Shown here: positions 1 through 15,000 of the stretch, piece after piece
Numbering within the stretch: position 1 is the first letter of the stretch
Layout: the number at the start of each line of letters is the position of its first letter
Source: the human T2T-CHM13v2.0 reference genome, Homo sapiens
Length of the DNA: 64,000 nucleotides
Assembly: GCF_009914755.1 (NCBI RefSeq)
Contig: NC_060948.1
Strand: one strand, 5' to 3'
Notes under the pieces: model-generated
What the model was told of the DNA's origin: nothing
Database searches by the model: none
The model's input: only the letters and a program-made list of their open reading frames with translations
Position numbers and translations under genes: made by a program

Positions 1-3000
1 GGAATGGAATGGAATGGGATGGAATGGTATGGAATGGATAGTAATGGACTGGAGTGAAGTGGACTGGAAAGGAATGGACTCAAATTGAAAGGGCTCGAAA
101 GGAATGGAGTCAAATGGAATGGTCTGGAATGGAATGAACACGAATGTAATGCAATCCAATAGAATGGAATCGAATGGCATGGAATATAAAGAAATGGATT
201 CGAAGAGAATGGAAACAAATGGAATGGAATTGAATGGAATGGAATTGAATGGAATGGGAACGAATGGAGTGAAATTGTATGCAGTAGAAGGGAATAGAAT
301 GGAATGCAAGCGAAAGGAAAGGAATGGATTGGAATGGAATGGAATTCATTGGAATGGAAGGGAATGTAGTGTAATGGACAGGCCTGGAATAAAGTGGAAT
401 GCTACGGTCTCGAATGGAATAAAAATGTATGGAATGGAATACAAAGAAACGGAATCGAATGTCATAGAATGTAATGGAATGCAACAAAATGGAATCCAAA
501 ATCATTGACTGGAAAGGCTGGGTGTCGAAAGGAATTGACTCCAATGGAATGGAATCGAATGGAATGGAAGTGAATAGAATCGAACTAAATCGAATGGAAT
601 GGAATTGATAGGAACGGAATGGAAAGGAATGCAATGATTTGGCATGGAATGGAATCGAATGGCATCGAATGGAATGGAATGGAATGCAATGGAATGGAAT
701 GTATTAGAATGTAATGAACTTTAATGGAATGTACTCGAATGGATTCGACTGGAATGGAATGTTCTGGAAGTGAATGGACTCCAATGGAATGGATTCAAAA
801 GGAATGGAATCGTACGGAATGGAATCTAATGGAATGGAATTAAATGGAAATGAATCAAATTGAATAGCACGGAATTGAATTGAATGGAATGGAATGCAAT
901 GGAATCTAATGAAACGGAAAGGAAAGGAATGGAATGGAATGGAATGGGCTGGAATGGAAAGGAATCGAAACGAATGGAATGGAATCGAACTGAAGAGACT
1001 GGAATGGAATGCACTGGAATGGAAGGGAGTGTAATGGAAGGTTCTCGAAAAAAATGGAATCGAATGGAATGGAATTGAATGGAACGGAATAGAGTCGAAT
1101 GGAATTGAATGGAATGGAATGGACTAGAGTGAAATGGAATCGAACCACAAGGAATGGACAGGAATAGAATGGTCTCGAATTGAATGGAATCGTATGGAAT
1201 GGCATCAAACGGAATGGAATGGACAGCCACGGAATGGAATGCACTCGAATGCAATGGAGTCGAAACTAATGGACTGGAATAGAATGGACTCGACTGGTAC
1301 GGACTCCAATGGAATGGAATCGAATGGAAGGGAATCGAACGGAATGGACTCGAAGGGAAAAGACTGCAATGGAAAGGTCTCGAATGGAATGGAAATTAAT
1401 GGAATGGAATGGAATCGAATGAAATGGAGTCAAAAGGAATGGAATCGAATGGCAAGAAATCGAATGTAATGGAATCGCAAGGAATTGATGTGAACGGAAC
1501 GGAATGGAATGGAATCCAAAGGAATGGAATAGAATGGAATGGAATCGAATGGAAAGGACTCGAATGGAAATCACTCGAATAGAATGCAATTTAATAAAAT
1601 AGGATCAAATGTAATGGAACGGAATGGAAAGGAATCGAAACGAAAGGAATGGAGACAGATGGAATGGAATAGAACAGAGAGCAATGGTATAGAATGGAAT
1701 GGAATCATCTGGAATGGAATTGAATGGAATGGAATAATATGAAATGGAATGGAATGGAATGGAATGGAATGGAATGCCCTTGAATTAAATGGACTGGAAT
1801 GGAATGGACTCGAACAGAGTGGAATGGAAAGTGTTGAGATAGAATGGAATGGACTCCTTTGGAATGGTGTAGTATGCAATGCAATCGACTGGCAGGGAAT
1901 CAAAAGGAATGTAATCGAATGGATTGGACTGGAATGCAATGGACTCGAATAGATTGGAAACGGAATGCAAAGGAATGGAATGGAATAGTATGGAATGGAA
2001 TGGAAAGGAATGGAGTGGAATAGACTAGAGTGGAATGGAATGGACTGGAAAGCAATGGACTGGAATGGAACTTTCTTGAATGGACTGGAATCAAACGGAA
2101 TGGAATGCAATGCAATCAAATGGCATGGAATAAAATAGAATGAAAGAGAATCAAATGGAATTGAATCGAATGGAATCGAATGGATTGGAAAGGAATAGAA
2201 TGGAATGGAATGGAATGGACTCAAATGGAATGGACTAGAAAGGAATGGATTCGAATGGAAGGCAAAGGAATGGAATCTATTGGAATGGACTGTAATGGAA
2301 TGGAATGGAAGGGATTGGAATGGACTCGAATGGAATGGACTGCAATAGAAAGGATTCGAATGGAATGAAAAAGAATTGAATGGAATAGAACAGAATGGAA
2401 TCATATCGAATGAAATGGAACGGAATAGAAAGGAATGGAATGAAATGGAATGGAAAGGATTCGAATGGAATGCAATCGAATGGAATGGAATCGAACGGAA
2501 TGGAATAAAATGGAAGAAAACTGGCAAGAAATGGAATCGAAATGAATGGAGTGTTATGGAACGGACTCAAAAGGAATTGAATGTAATAGAATGGAGTGGA
2601 GTGGACTCGAATATAATGGACTGGAATGGAATGAAATCACATGGAATGGGAACGAATGGAATGGAATGGAAAGGAATGGAATCGAATGGAAAGGAATCGA
2701 ATGGAAGGGAATGAAATTGAATCAACAGGAATGGAAGGGAATAGAATAGACGGTAATGGAATGGACTCGAATAGAATGGACACGAATGCTCAAATTGAAT
2801 GGACTCGAATGGAATGGAAACGAAAGGAATGTCATCGAATGGAATTGAATGGATTGGAATGAAATCGCATAGAATGGAGTGGAATCAAATGGAATTGAAT
2901 CGAAAGGAAAGGAAGCGAATGGACTGAAATGAAATGGAATGGAATTGAATGGAAAGTAATGCAATGGAATAGAATGGAACGAAATTTCACGGAATGGAAT

Positions 3001-6000
3001 CAAACTGAATGGAATCAAATCAATGGAATCAAATCAAATGGAATGGAAAGGAATTGAATGGAGTAGATTGGATTGGATGGGATTGGAATGAAATGTACTG
3101 GAAAGGACTCGAATTTCATGAAACGGAATGGAATGAATTGGAACGGAATGGACTCGAATGGAATGGAATGTCATGGAATGGCATCAAATGGAATGGCATC
3201 AAATGGAATGGAATCGAATGCAATGGAATGCTATGGAATGGAATGGAATGCATTGGAATGGAATGTCCTCTAATGGAATGGATTCGAGTGGAATGGAATC
3301 GAATATAATGGAGTCGAATGAAATGGAATTGAAAGGAATGGGATCGAATACAATGGAATATACTGGAATGTAATGTAATGAACTCGAATGTAATTGACTG
3401 GAATGGAATGTACATGAATGGAATGTAATCGAATGGAAAGTAATCCAATGGAATAGAATCTAATGCAATAAAATCGACTCAGATAGAGTAGAATGTAATG
3501 GAATGGAGTGCAGTGCAATGGAATGGAATGGAATGGAATGCAATTGAATGGAATGGAATGGAATGGGATGGAATGGTATGGAATGGATAGTAATGGACTG
3601 GAGTGAAATGGACTGGAAAGGAATGGACTCAAATTGAAAGGGCTCGAAAGGAATGGAGTCAAATGGAATGGTCTGGAATGGAATGAACACGAATGTAATG
3701 CAATCCAATAGAATGGAATCGAATGGCATGGAATATAAAGAAATGGAATCGGAGAGAATGGAAACAAATGGAATGGAATTGAATGGAATGGAATTGAATG
3801 GAATGGGAACGAATGGAGTGAAATTGTATGCAGTGGAAGGGAATAGAACGGAATGCAAGCGAAAGGAAAGGAATGGATTGGAATGGAATGGAATTCATTG
3901 GAATGGAAGGGAATGTAGTGTAATGGACAGGCCTGGAATAAAGTGGAATGCTACGGTCTCGAATGGAATAAAAATGTATGGAATGGAATGCAATGAAATG
4001 GAATCGAATGTCATAGAATGTAATGGAATGCAACAAAATGGAATCCAAAATCATTGACTGGAAAGGCTGGGTGTCGAAAGGAATTGACTCCAATGGAATG
4101 GAATCGAATGGAATGGAAGTGAATAGAATCGAACTAAATCGAATGGAATGGAATTGATAGGAACGGAATGGAAAGGAATGCAATGATTTGGCATGGAATG
4201 GAATCGAATGGCATCGAATGGAATGGAATGGAATGCAATGGAATGGAATGTATTAGAATGTAATGAACTTTAATGGAATGTACTCGAATGGATTCGACTG
4301 GAATGGAATGTTCTGGAAGTGAATGGACTCCAATGGAATGGATTCCAAAGGAATGGAATCGTACGGAATGGAATCTAATGGAATGGAATTAAATGGAAAT
4401 GAATCAAATTGAATAGCACGGAATTGAATTGAATGGAATGGAATGCAATGGAATCTAATGAAACGGAAAGGAAAGGAATGGAATGGAATGGAATGGGCTG
4501 GAATGGAAAGGAATCGAAACGAATGGAATGGAATCGAACTGAAGAGACTGGAATGGAATGCACTGGAATGGAAGGGAGTGTAATGGAAGGTTCTCGAAAA
4601 AAATGGAATCGAATGGAATGGAATTGAATGGAACGGAATAGAGTCGAATGGAATTGAATGGAATGGAATGGACTAGAGTGAAATGGAATCGAACCACAAG
4701 GAATGGAGAGGAATAGAATGGTCTCGAATTGAATGGAATCGTATGGAATGGCATCAAACGGAATGGAATGGACAGCCACGGAATGGAATGCACTCGAATG
4801 CAATGGAGTCGAAACTAATGGACTGGAATAGAATGGACTCGACTGGTACGGACTCCAATGGAATGGAATCGAATGGAAGGGAATCGAACGGAATGGACTC
4901 GAAGGGAAAAGACTGCAATGGAAAGGTCTGGAATGGAATGGAAATTAATGGAATGGAATGAAATCGAATGAAATGGAGTCAAAAGGAATGGAATCGAATG
5001 GCAAGAAATCGAATGTAATGGAATCGCAAGGAATTGATGTGAACGGAACGGAATGGAATGGAATCCAAAGGAATGGAATAGAATGGAATGGAATCGAATG
5101 GAAAGGACTCGAATGGAAATCACTCGAATAGAATGCAATTCAATAAAATAGGATCAAATGTAATGAAATGGAATGGAAAGGAATCGAAACGAAAGGAATG
5201 GAGACAGATGGAATGGAATGGAACAGAGAGCAATGGTATAGAATGGAATGGAATCATCTGGAATGGAATTGAATGGAATGGAATAATATGAAATGGAATG
5301 GAATGGAATGGAATGGAATGCCCTTGAATTAAATGGACTGGAATGGAATGGACTCGAACAGAGTGGAATGGAAAGTGTTGAGATAGAATGGAATGGACTC
5401 CTTTGGAATGGTGTAGTATGCAATGCAATCGACTGGCAGGGAATCAAAAGGAATGTAATGGAATGGACTGGACTGGAATGCAATGGACTCGAATAGATTG
5501 GAAACGGAATGCAAAGGAATGGAATGGAATAGTATGGAATGGAATGGAAAGGAATGGAGTGGAATAGACTAGAGTGGAATGGAATGGACTGGAAAGCAAT
5601 GGACTGGAATGGAACTTTCTTGAATGGACTGGAATCAAACGGAATGGAATGCAATGCAATCAAATGGCATGGAATAAAATAGAATGAAAGAGAATCAAAT
5701 GGAATTGAATCGAATGGAATCGAATGGATTGGAAAGGAATAGAATGGAATGGAATGGAATGGACTCAAATGGAATGGACTAGAATGGAATGGATTCGAAT
5801 GGAAGGCAAAGGAATGGAATCTATTGGAATGGACTGTAATGGAATGGAATGGAAGGGATTGGAATGGACTCGAATGGAATGGACTGCAATAGAAAGGATT
5901 CGAATGGAATGAAAAAGAATTGAATGGAATAGAACAGAATGGAATCAAATCGAATGAAATGGAATGGAATAGAAAGGAATGGAATGAAATGGAATGGAAA

Positions 6001-9000
6001 GGATTCGAATGGAATGCAATCGAATGGAATGGAATCGAACGGAATGGAATAAAATGGAAGAAAACTGGCAAGAAATGGAATCGAAATGAATGGAGTGTTA
6101 TGGAACGGACTCAAAAGGAATTGAATGTAATAGAATGGAGTGGAGTGGACTCGAATATAATGGACTGGAATGGAATGAAATCACATGGAATGGGAACGAA
6201 TGGAATGGAATGGAAAGGAATGGAATCGAATGGAAAGGAATCGAATGGAAGGGAATGAAATTGAATCAACAGGAATGGAAGGGAATAGAATAGACGGTAA
6301 TGGAATGGACTCGAATAGAATGGACACGAATGCTCAAATTGAATGGACTCGAATGGAATGGAAACGAAAGGAATGTCATCGAATGGAATTGAATCGATTG
6401 GAATGAAATCGCATAGAATGGAGTGGAATCAAATGGAATTGAATCGAAAGGAAAGGAAGCGAATGGACTGAAATGAAATGGAATGGAATTGAATGGAAAG
6501 TAATGCAATGGAATAGAATGGAACGAAATTTCACGGAATGGAATCAAACTGAATGAAATCAAATCAATGGAATCAAATCAAATGGAATGGAAAGGAATTG
6601 AATGGAGTAGATTGGATTGGATGGGATTGGAATGAAATGTACTGGAAAGGACTCGAATTTCATGAAACGGAATGGAATGAATTGGAACGGAATGGACTCG
6701 AATGGAATGGAATGTCATAGAATGGCATCAAATGGATTGGCATCAAATGGAATGGAATCGAATGCAATGGAATGCTATGGAATGGAATGGAATGCATTGG
6801 AATGGAATGTCCTCTAATGGAATGGATTCGAGTGGAATGGAATCGAATATAATGGAGTCGAATGAAATGGAATTGAAAGGAATGGGATCGAATACAATGG
6901 AATATACTGGAATGTAATGTAATGAACTCGAATGTAATTGACTGGAATGGAATGTACATGAATGGAATGTAATCGAATGGAAAGTAATCCAATGGAATAG
7001 AATCTAATGCAATAAAATCGACTCAGATAGAGTAGAATGTAATGGAATGGAGTGCAGTGCAATGGAATGGAATGGAATGGAATGCAATGGAATGGAATGG
7101 AATGGAATGGAATGGAATGGAATGGAATGGAATGGGATGGAATTGTATGGAATGGATAGTAATGGACTGGAGTGAAATGGACTGGAAAGGAATGGACTCA
7201 AATTGAAAGGGCTCGAAAGGAATGGAGTCAAATGGAATGGTCTGGAATGGAATGAACACGAATGTAATGCAATCCAATAGAATGGAATCGAATGGCATGG
7301 AATATAAAGAAATGGAATTGAAGAGAATGGAAACAAATGGAATGGAATTGAATGGAATGGAATTGAATGGAATGGGAACGAATGGAGTGAAATTGTATGC
7401 AGTAGAAGGGAATAGAATGGAATGCAAGCGAAAGGAAAGGAATGGATTGGAATGGAATGGAATTCATTGGAATGGAAGGGAATGTAGTGTAATGGACAGG
7501 CCTGGAAAAAAGTGGAATGCTACGGTCTCGAATGGAATAAAAATGTATGGAATGGAATGCAATGAAACGGAATCGAATGTCATAGAATGTAATGGAATGC
7601 AAAAAAATGGAATCCAAAATCATTGACTGGAAAGGCTGGGTGTCGAAAGGAATTGACTGCAATGGAATGGAATCGAATTGAATGGAAGTGAATAGAATCG
7701 AACTAAATCGAATGGAATGGAATTGATAGGAACGGAATGGAAAGGAATGCAATGATTTGGCATGGAATGGAATCGAATGGCATCGAATGGAATGGAATGG
7801 AATGCAATGGAATGGAATGTATTAGAATGTAATGAACATTAATGGAATGTACTCGAATGGATTCGACTGGAATGGAATGTTCTGGATGTGAATGGACTCC
7901 AATGGAATGGATTCGAAAGGAATGGAATCGAACGGAGTGGATTCTAATGGAATGGAATTAAATGGAAATGAATCAAATTGAATAGCACGGAATTGAATTG
8001 AATGGAATCGAATGCAATGGAATCTAATGAAACGGAAAGGAAAGAATGGAATGGAATAGAATGGGCTGGAATGGAAAGGAATCAAAACGAATGGAATGGA
8101 ATCGAACTGAAGAGATTGGAATGGAATGCACTGGAATGGAAGGGAGTGTAATGGAAGGTTCTCGAAAAAAATGGAATCGAATGGAATGGAATTGAATGGA
8201 ACGGAATAGAGTCGAATGGAATTGAATGGAATGGAATGGACTAGAGTGAAATGGAATCGAACCACAAGGAATGGACAGGAATAGAATGGTCTCGAATTGA
8301 ATGGAATCGTATGGAATGGCATCAAACGGAATGGAATGGACAGCCACGGAATGGAATGCACTCGAATGCAATGGAGTCGAAACTAATGGACTGGAATAGA
8401 ATGGACTCGACTGGTACGGACTCCAATGGAATGGAATCAAATGGAAGGGAATCGAACGGAATGGACTCGAAGGGAAAAGACTGCAATGGAAAGGTCTCGA
8501 ATGGAATGGAAATTAATGGGATGGAATGGAATCGAATGAAATGGAGTCAAAAGGTATGGAATCGAATGGCAAGAAATCGAATGTAATGGAATCGCAAGGA
8601 ATTGATGTGAACGGAACGGAATGGAATGGAATCCAAAGGAATGGAATGGAATCGAATGGAAAGGACTCGAATGGAAATCACTCGAATAGAATGCAATTTA
8701 ATAAAATAGGATCAAATGTAATGGAATGGAATGGAAAGGAATCGAAACGAAAGGAATGGAGACAGATGGAATGGAATAGAACAGAGAGCAATGGTATAGA
8801 ATGGAATGGAATCATCTGGAATGGAATTGAATGGAATGGAATAATATGAAATGGAATGGAATGGAATGGAATGCCCTTGAATTAAATGGACTGGAATGGA
8901 ATGGACTCGAACAGAGTGGAATGGAAAGTGTTGAGATAGAATGGAATGGACTCGTTTGGAATGGTCTAGTATGCAATGCAATCGACTGGCAGGAATCAAA

Positions 9001-12000
9001 AGGAATGTAATGGAATGGATTGGACTGGAATGCAATGGACTCGAATAGATTGGAAACGGAATGCAAAGGAATGGAATGGAATAGTATGGAATGGAATGGA
9101 AAGGAATGGAGTGGAATAGACTAGAGTGGAATGGAATGGACTGGAAAGCAATAGACTGGAATGGAACTTTCTTGAATGGACTGGAATCAAACGGAATGGA
9201 ATGCAATGCAATCAAATGGCATGGAATAAAATAGAATGAAAGAGAATCAAATGGAATTGAATCGAATGGAATCGAATGGATTGGAAAGGAATAGAATGGA
9301 ATGGAATGGAATTGACTCAAATGGAATGGACTAGAATGGAATGGATTCGAATGGAAGGCAAAGGAATGGAATCTATTGGAATGGACTGTAATGGAATGGA
9401 ATGGAAGGGATTGGAATGGACTCGAATGGAATGGACTGCAATAGAAAGGATTCGAATGGAATGAAAAAGAATTGAATGGAATAGAACAGAATGGAATCAA
9501 ATCGAATGAAATGGAATGGAATAGAAAGGAATGGAATGAAATGGAATGGAAAGGATTCGAATGGAATGCAATCGAATGGAATGGAATCGAACGGAATGGA
9601 ATAAAATGGAAGAAAACTGGCAAGAAATGGAATCGAAATGAATGGAGTGTTATGGAACGGACTCAAAAGGAATTGAATGTAATAGAATGGAGTGGAGTGG
9701 ACTCGAATATAATGGACTGGAATGGAATGAAATCACATGGAATGGGAACGAATGGAATGGAATGGAAAGGAATGGAATCGAATGGAAAGGAATCGAATGG
9801 AAGGGAATGAAATTGAATCAACAGGAATGGAAGGGAATAGAATAGACGGTAATGGAATGGACTCGAATAGAATGGACACGAATGCTCAAATTGAATGGAC
9901 TCGAATGGAATGGAAACGAAAGGAATGTCATCGAATGGAATTGAATCGATTGGAATGAAATCGCATAGAATGGAGTGGAATCAAATGGAATTGAATCGAA
10001 AGGAAAGGAAGCGAATGGACTGAAATGAAATGGAATGGAATTGAATGGAAAGTAATGCAATGGAATAGAATGGAACGAAATTTCACGGAACGGAATCAAA
10101 CTGAATGGAATCAAATCAATGGAATCCACTCAAATGGAATGGAAAGGAATTGAATGGAGTAGATTGGATTGGATGGGATTGGAATGAAATGTACTGGAAA
10201 GGACTCGAATTTCATGAAACGGAATGGAATGAATTGGAACGGAATGGACTCGAATGGAATGGAATGTCATGGAATGGCATCAAATGGTATGGCATCAAAT
10301 GGAATGGAATCGAATGCAATGGAATGCTATGGAATGGAATGGAATGCATTGGAATGGAATGTCCTCTAATGGAATGGATTCGAGTGGAATGGAATCGAAT
10401 ATAATGGAGTCGAATGAAATGGAATTGAAAGGAATGGGATCGAATACAATGGAATATACTGGAATGTAATGTAATGAACTCGAATGTAATTGACTGGAAT
10501 GGAATGTACATGAATGGAATGTAATCGAATGGAAAGTAATCCAATGGAATAGAATCTAATGCAATAAAATCGACTCAGATAGAGTAGAATGTAATGGAAT
10601 GGAGTGCAGTGCAATGGAATGGAATGGAATGGAATGCAATGGAATGGAATGGAATGGAATGGAATGGAATGGAATGGAATGGAATGGAATGGTGTGGAAT
10701 GGATAGTAATGGACTGGAGTGAAATGGACTGGAAAGGAATGGACTCAAATTGAATGGGCTCGAAAGGAATGGAGTCAAATGGAATGGTCTGGAATGGAAT
10801 GAAGACGAATGTAATGCAATCCAATAGAATGGAATCGAATGGCATGGAATATAAAGAAATGGAATCGAAGAGAATGGAAACAAATGGATTGGAATTGAGT
10901 GGAATGGAATTGAATGGAATGGGAACGAATGGAGTGAAATTGTATGCAGTAGAAGAGAATAGAATGGAATGCAAGCGAAAGGAAAGGAATGGATTGGAAT
11001 GGAATGGAATTCATTGGAATGGAAGGGAATGTAGTGTAATGGACAGGCCTGGAATAAAGTGGAATGCTACGGTCTCGAATGGAATAAAAATGTATGGAAT
11101 GGAATGCAATGAAACGGAATCGAATGTCATAGAATGTAATGGAATGCAAAAAAATGGACTCCAAAATCATTGACTGGAAAGGCTGGGTGTCGAAAGGAAT
11201 TGACTCCAATGGAATGGAATCGAATGGAATGGAAGTGAATAGAATCGAACTAAATCGAATGGAATGGAATTGATAGGAACGGAATGGAAAGGAATGCAAT
11301 GATTTGGCATGGAATGGAATCGAATGGCATCGAATGGAATGGAATGGAATGCAATGGAATGGAATGTATTAGAATGTAATGAACTTTAATGGAATGTACT
11401 CGAATGGATTCGACTGGAATGGAATGTTCTGGAAGTGAATGGACTCCAATGGAATGGATTCAAAAGGAATGGAATCGTACGGAATGGAATCTAATGGAAT
11501 GGAATTAAATGGAAATGAATCAAATTGAATAGCACGGAATTGAATTGAATGGAATGGAATGCAATGGAATCTAATGAAACGGAAAGGAATGGAATGGAAT
11601 GGAATGGAATGGGCTGGAATGGAAAGGAATCGAAACGAATGGAATGGAATCGAACTGAAGAGACTGGAATGGAATGCACTGGAATGGAAGGGAGTGTAAT
11701 GGAAGGTTCTCGAAAAAAATGGAATCGAATGGAATGGAATTGAATGGAACGGAATAGAGTCGAATGGAATTGAATGGAATGGAATGGACTAGAGTGAAAT
11801 GGAATCGAACCACAAGGAATGGACAGGAATAGAATGGTCTCGAATTGAATGGAATCGTATGGAATGGCATCAAACGGAATGGAATGGACAGCCACGGAAT
11901 GGAATGCACTCGAATGCAATGGAGTCGAAACTAATGGACTGGAATAGAATGGACTCGACTGGTACGGACTCCAATGGAATGGAATCGAATGGAAGGGAAT

Positions 12001-15000
12001 CGAACGGAATGGATTCGAAGGGACAAGACTGCAAAGGAAAGGTCTCGAATGGAATGGAAATTAATGGAATGGAATGGAATCAAATGAAATGGAGTCAAAA
12101 GGAATGGAATCGAAAGGCAAGAAATCGAATGTAATGGAATCGCAAGGAATTGATGTGAACGGAACGGAATGGAATGGAATCCAAAGGAATGGAATAGAAT
12201 GGAATGGAATCGAATGGAAAGGACTCGAATGGAAATCACTCGAATAGAATGCAATTTAATAAAATAGGATCAAATGTAATGGAATGGAATGGAAAGGAAT
12301 CGAAACGAAAGGAATGGAGACAGATGGAATGGAATGGAACAGAGAGCAATGGTATAGAATGGAATGGAATCATCTGGAATGGAATTGAATGGAATGGAAT
12401 AATATGAAATGGAATGGAATGGAATGGAATGGAATGCCCTTGAATTAAATGGACTGGAATGGAATGGACTCGAACAGAGTGGAATGGAAAGTGTTGAGAT
12501 AGAATGGAATGGACTCCTTTGGAATGGTCTAGTATGCAATGCAATCGACTGGTAGGGAATCAAAAGGAATGTAATCGAATGGATTGGACTGGAATGCAAT
12601 GGACTCGAATAGATTGGAAACGGAATGCAAAGGAATGGAATGGAATAGTATGGAATGGAATGGAAAGGAATGGAGTGGAATAGACTAGAGTGGAATGGAA
12701 TGGACCGGAAAGCAATGGACTGGAATGGAACTTTCTTGAATGGACTGGAATCAAACGGAATGGAATGCAATGCAATCAAATGGCATGGAATAAAATAGAA
12801 TGAAAGAGAATCAAATGGAATTGAATCGAATGGAATCGAATGGATTGGAAAGGAATAGAATGGAATGGAATGGAATTGACTCAAATGGAATGGACTAGAA
12901 TGGAATGGATTCGAATGGAAGGCAAAGGAATGGAATCTATTGGAATGGACTGTAATGGAATGGAATGGAAGGGATTGGAATGGACTCGAATGGAATGGAC
13001 TGCAATAGAAAGGATTCGAATGGAATGAAAAAGAATTGAATGGAATAGAACAGAATGGAATCAAATCGAATGAAATGGAATGGAATAGAGAGGAATGGAA
13101 TGAAATGGAATGGAAAGGATTCGAATGGAATGCAATCGAATGGAATGGAATCGAACGGAATGGAATAAAATGGAAGAAAACTGGCAAGAAATGGAATCGA
13201 AATGAACGGAGTGTTATGGAACGGACTCAAAAGGAATTGAATGTAATAGAATGGAGTGGAGTGGACTCGAATATAATGGACTGGAATGGAATGAAATCAC
13301 ATGGAATGGGAACGAATGGAATGGAATGGAAAGGAATGGAATCGAATGGAAAGGAATCGAATGGAAGGGAATGAAATTGAATCAACAGGAATGGAAGGGA
13401 ATAGAATAGACGGTAATGGAATGGACTCGAATAGAATGGACACGAATGCTCAAATTGAATGGACTCGAATGGAATGGAAACGAAAGGAATGTCATCGAAT
13501 GGAATTGAATCGATTGGAATGAAATCGCATAGAATGGAGTGGAATCAAATGGAATTGAATCGAAAGGAAAGGAAGCGAATGGACTGAAATGAAATGGAAT
13601 GGAATTGAATGGAAAGTAATGCAATGGAATAGAATGGAACGAAATTTCACGGAATGGAATCAAACTGAATGGAATCAAATCAATGGAATCTAATCAAATG
13701 GAATGGAAAGGAATTGAATGGAGTAGATTGGATTGGATGGGATTGGAATGAAATGTACTGGAAAGGACTCGAATTTCATGAAACGGAATGGAATGAATTG
13801 GAACGGAATGGACTCGAATGGAATGGAATGTCATGGAATGGCATCAAATGGAATGGCATCAAATGGAATGGAATCGAATGCAATGGAATGCTATGGAATG
13901 GAATGGAATGCATTGGAATGGAATGTCCTCTAATGGAATGGATTCGAGTGGAATGGAATCAAATATAATGGAGTCGAACGAAATGGAATTGAAAGGAATG
14001 GGATCGAATAGAATGGAATATACTGAAATGTAATGTAATGAACTCGAATGTAGTTGACTGGAATGGAATGTACATGAATGGAATGTAATCGAATGGAAAG
14101 TAATCCAATGGAATAGAATCTAATGCAATAAAACCGACTCAGATAGAGTAGAATGTAATGGAATGGAGTGCAGTGCAATGGAATGGAATGGAATTGAATG
14201 CAATGGAATGGAATGGAATGGAATGGAATGGAATGGAATGGAATGGAATGGGATGGAATGGTATGGAATGGATAGTAATGGACTGGAGTGAAATGGACTG
14301 GAAAGGAATGGACTCAAATTGAAAGGGCTCGAAAGGAATGGAGTCAAATGGAATGGTCTGGAATGGAATGAACACGAGTGTAATGCAATCCAATAGAATG
14401 GAAACGAATGACATGGAATATAAAGAAATGGAATCGAAGAGAATGGAAACAAATGGAATGGAATTGAATGGAATGGAATTGAATGGAATGGGAACGAATG
14501 GAGTGAAATTGTATGCAGTAGAAGGGAATAGAATGGAATGCAAGTGAAAGGAAAGGAATGGATTGGAATGGAATGGAATTCATTGGAATGGAAGGGAATG
14601 TAGTGTAATGGACAGGCCTGGAATAAAGTGGAATGCTACGGTCTCGAATGGAATAAAAATGTATGGAATGGAATGCAATGAAACGGAATCGAATGTCATA
14701 GAATGTAATGGAATGCAACAAAATGGAATCCAAAATCATTGACTGGAAAGGCTGGGTGTCGAAAGGAATTGACTCCAATGGAATGGAATCGAATGGAATG
14801 GAAGTGAATAGAATCGAACTAAATCGAATGGAATGGAATTGATAGGAACGGAATGGAAAGGAATGCAATGATTTGGCATGGAATGGAATCGAATGGCATC
14901 GAATGGAATGGAATGGAATGCAATGGAATGGAATGTATTAGAATGTAATGAACTTTAATGGAATGTACTCGAATGGATTCGACTGGAATGGAATGTTCTG

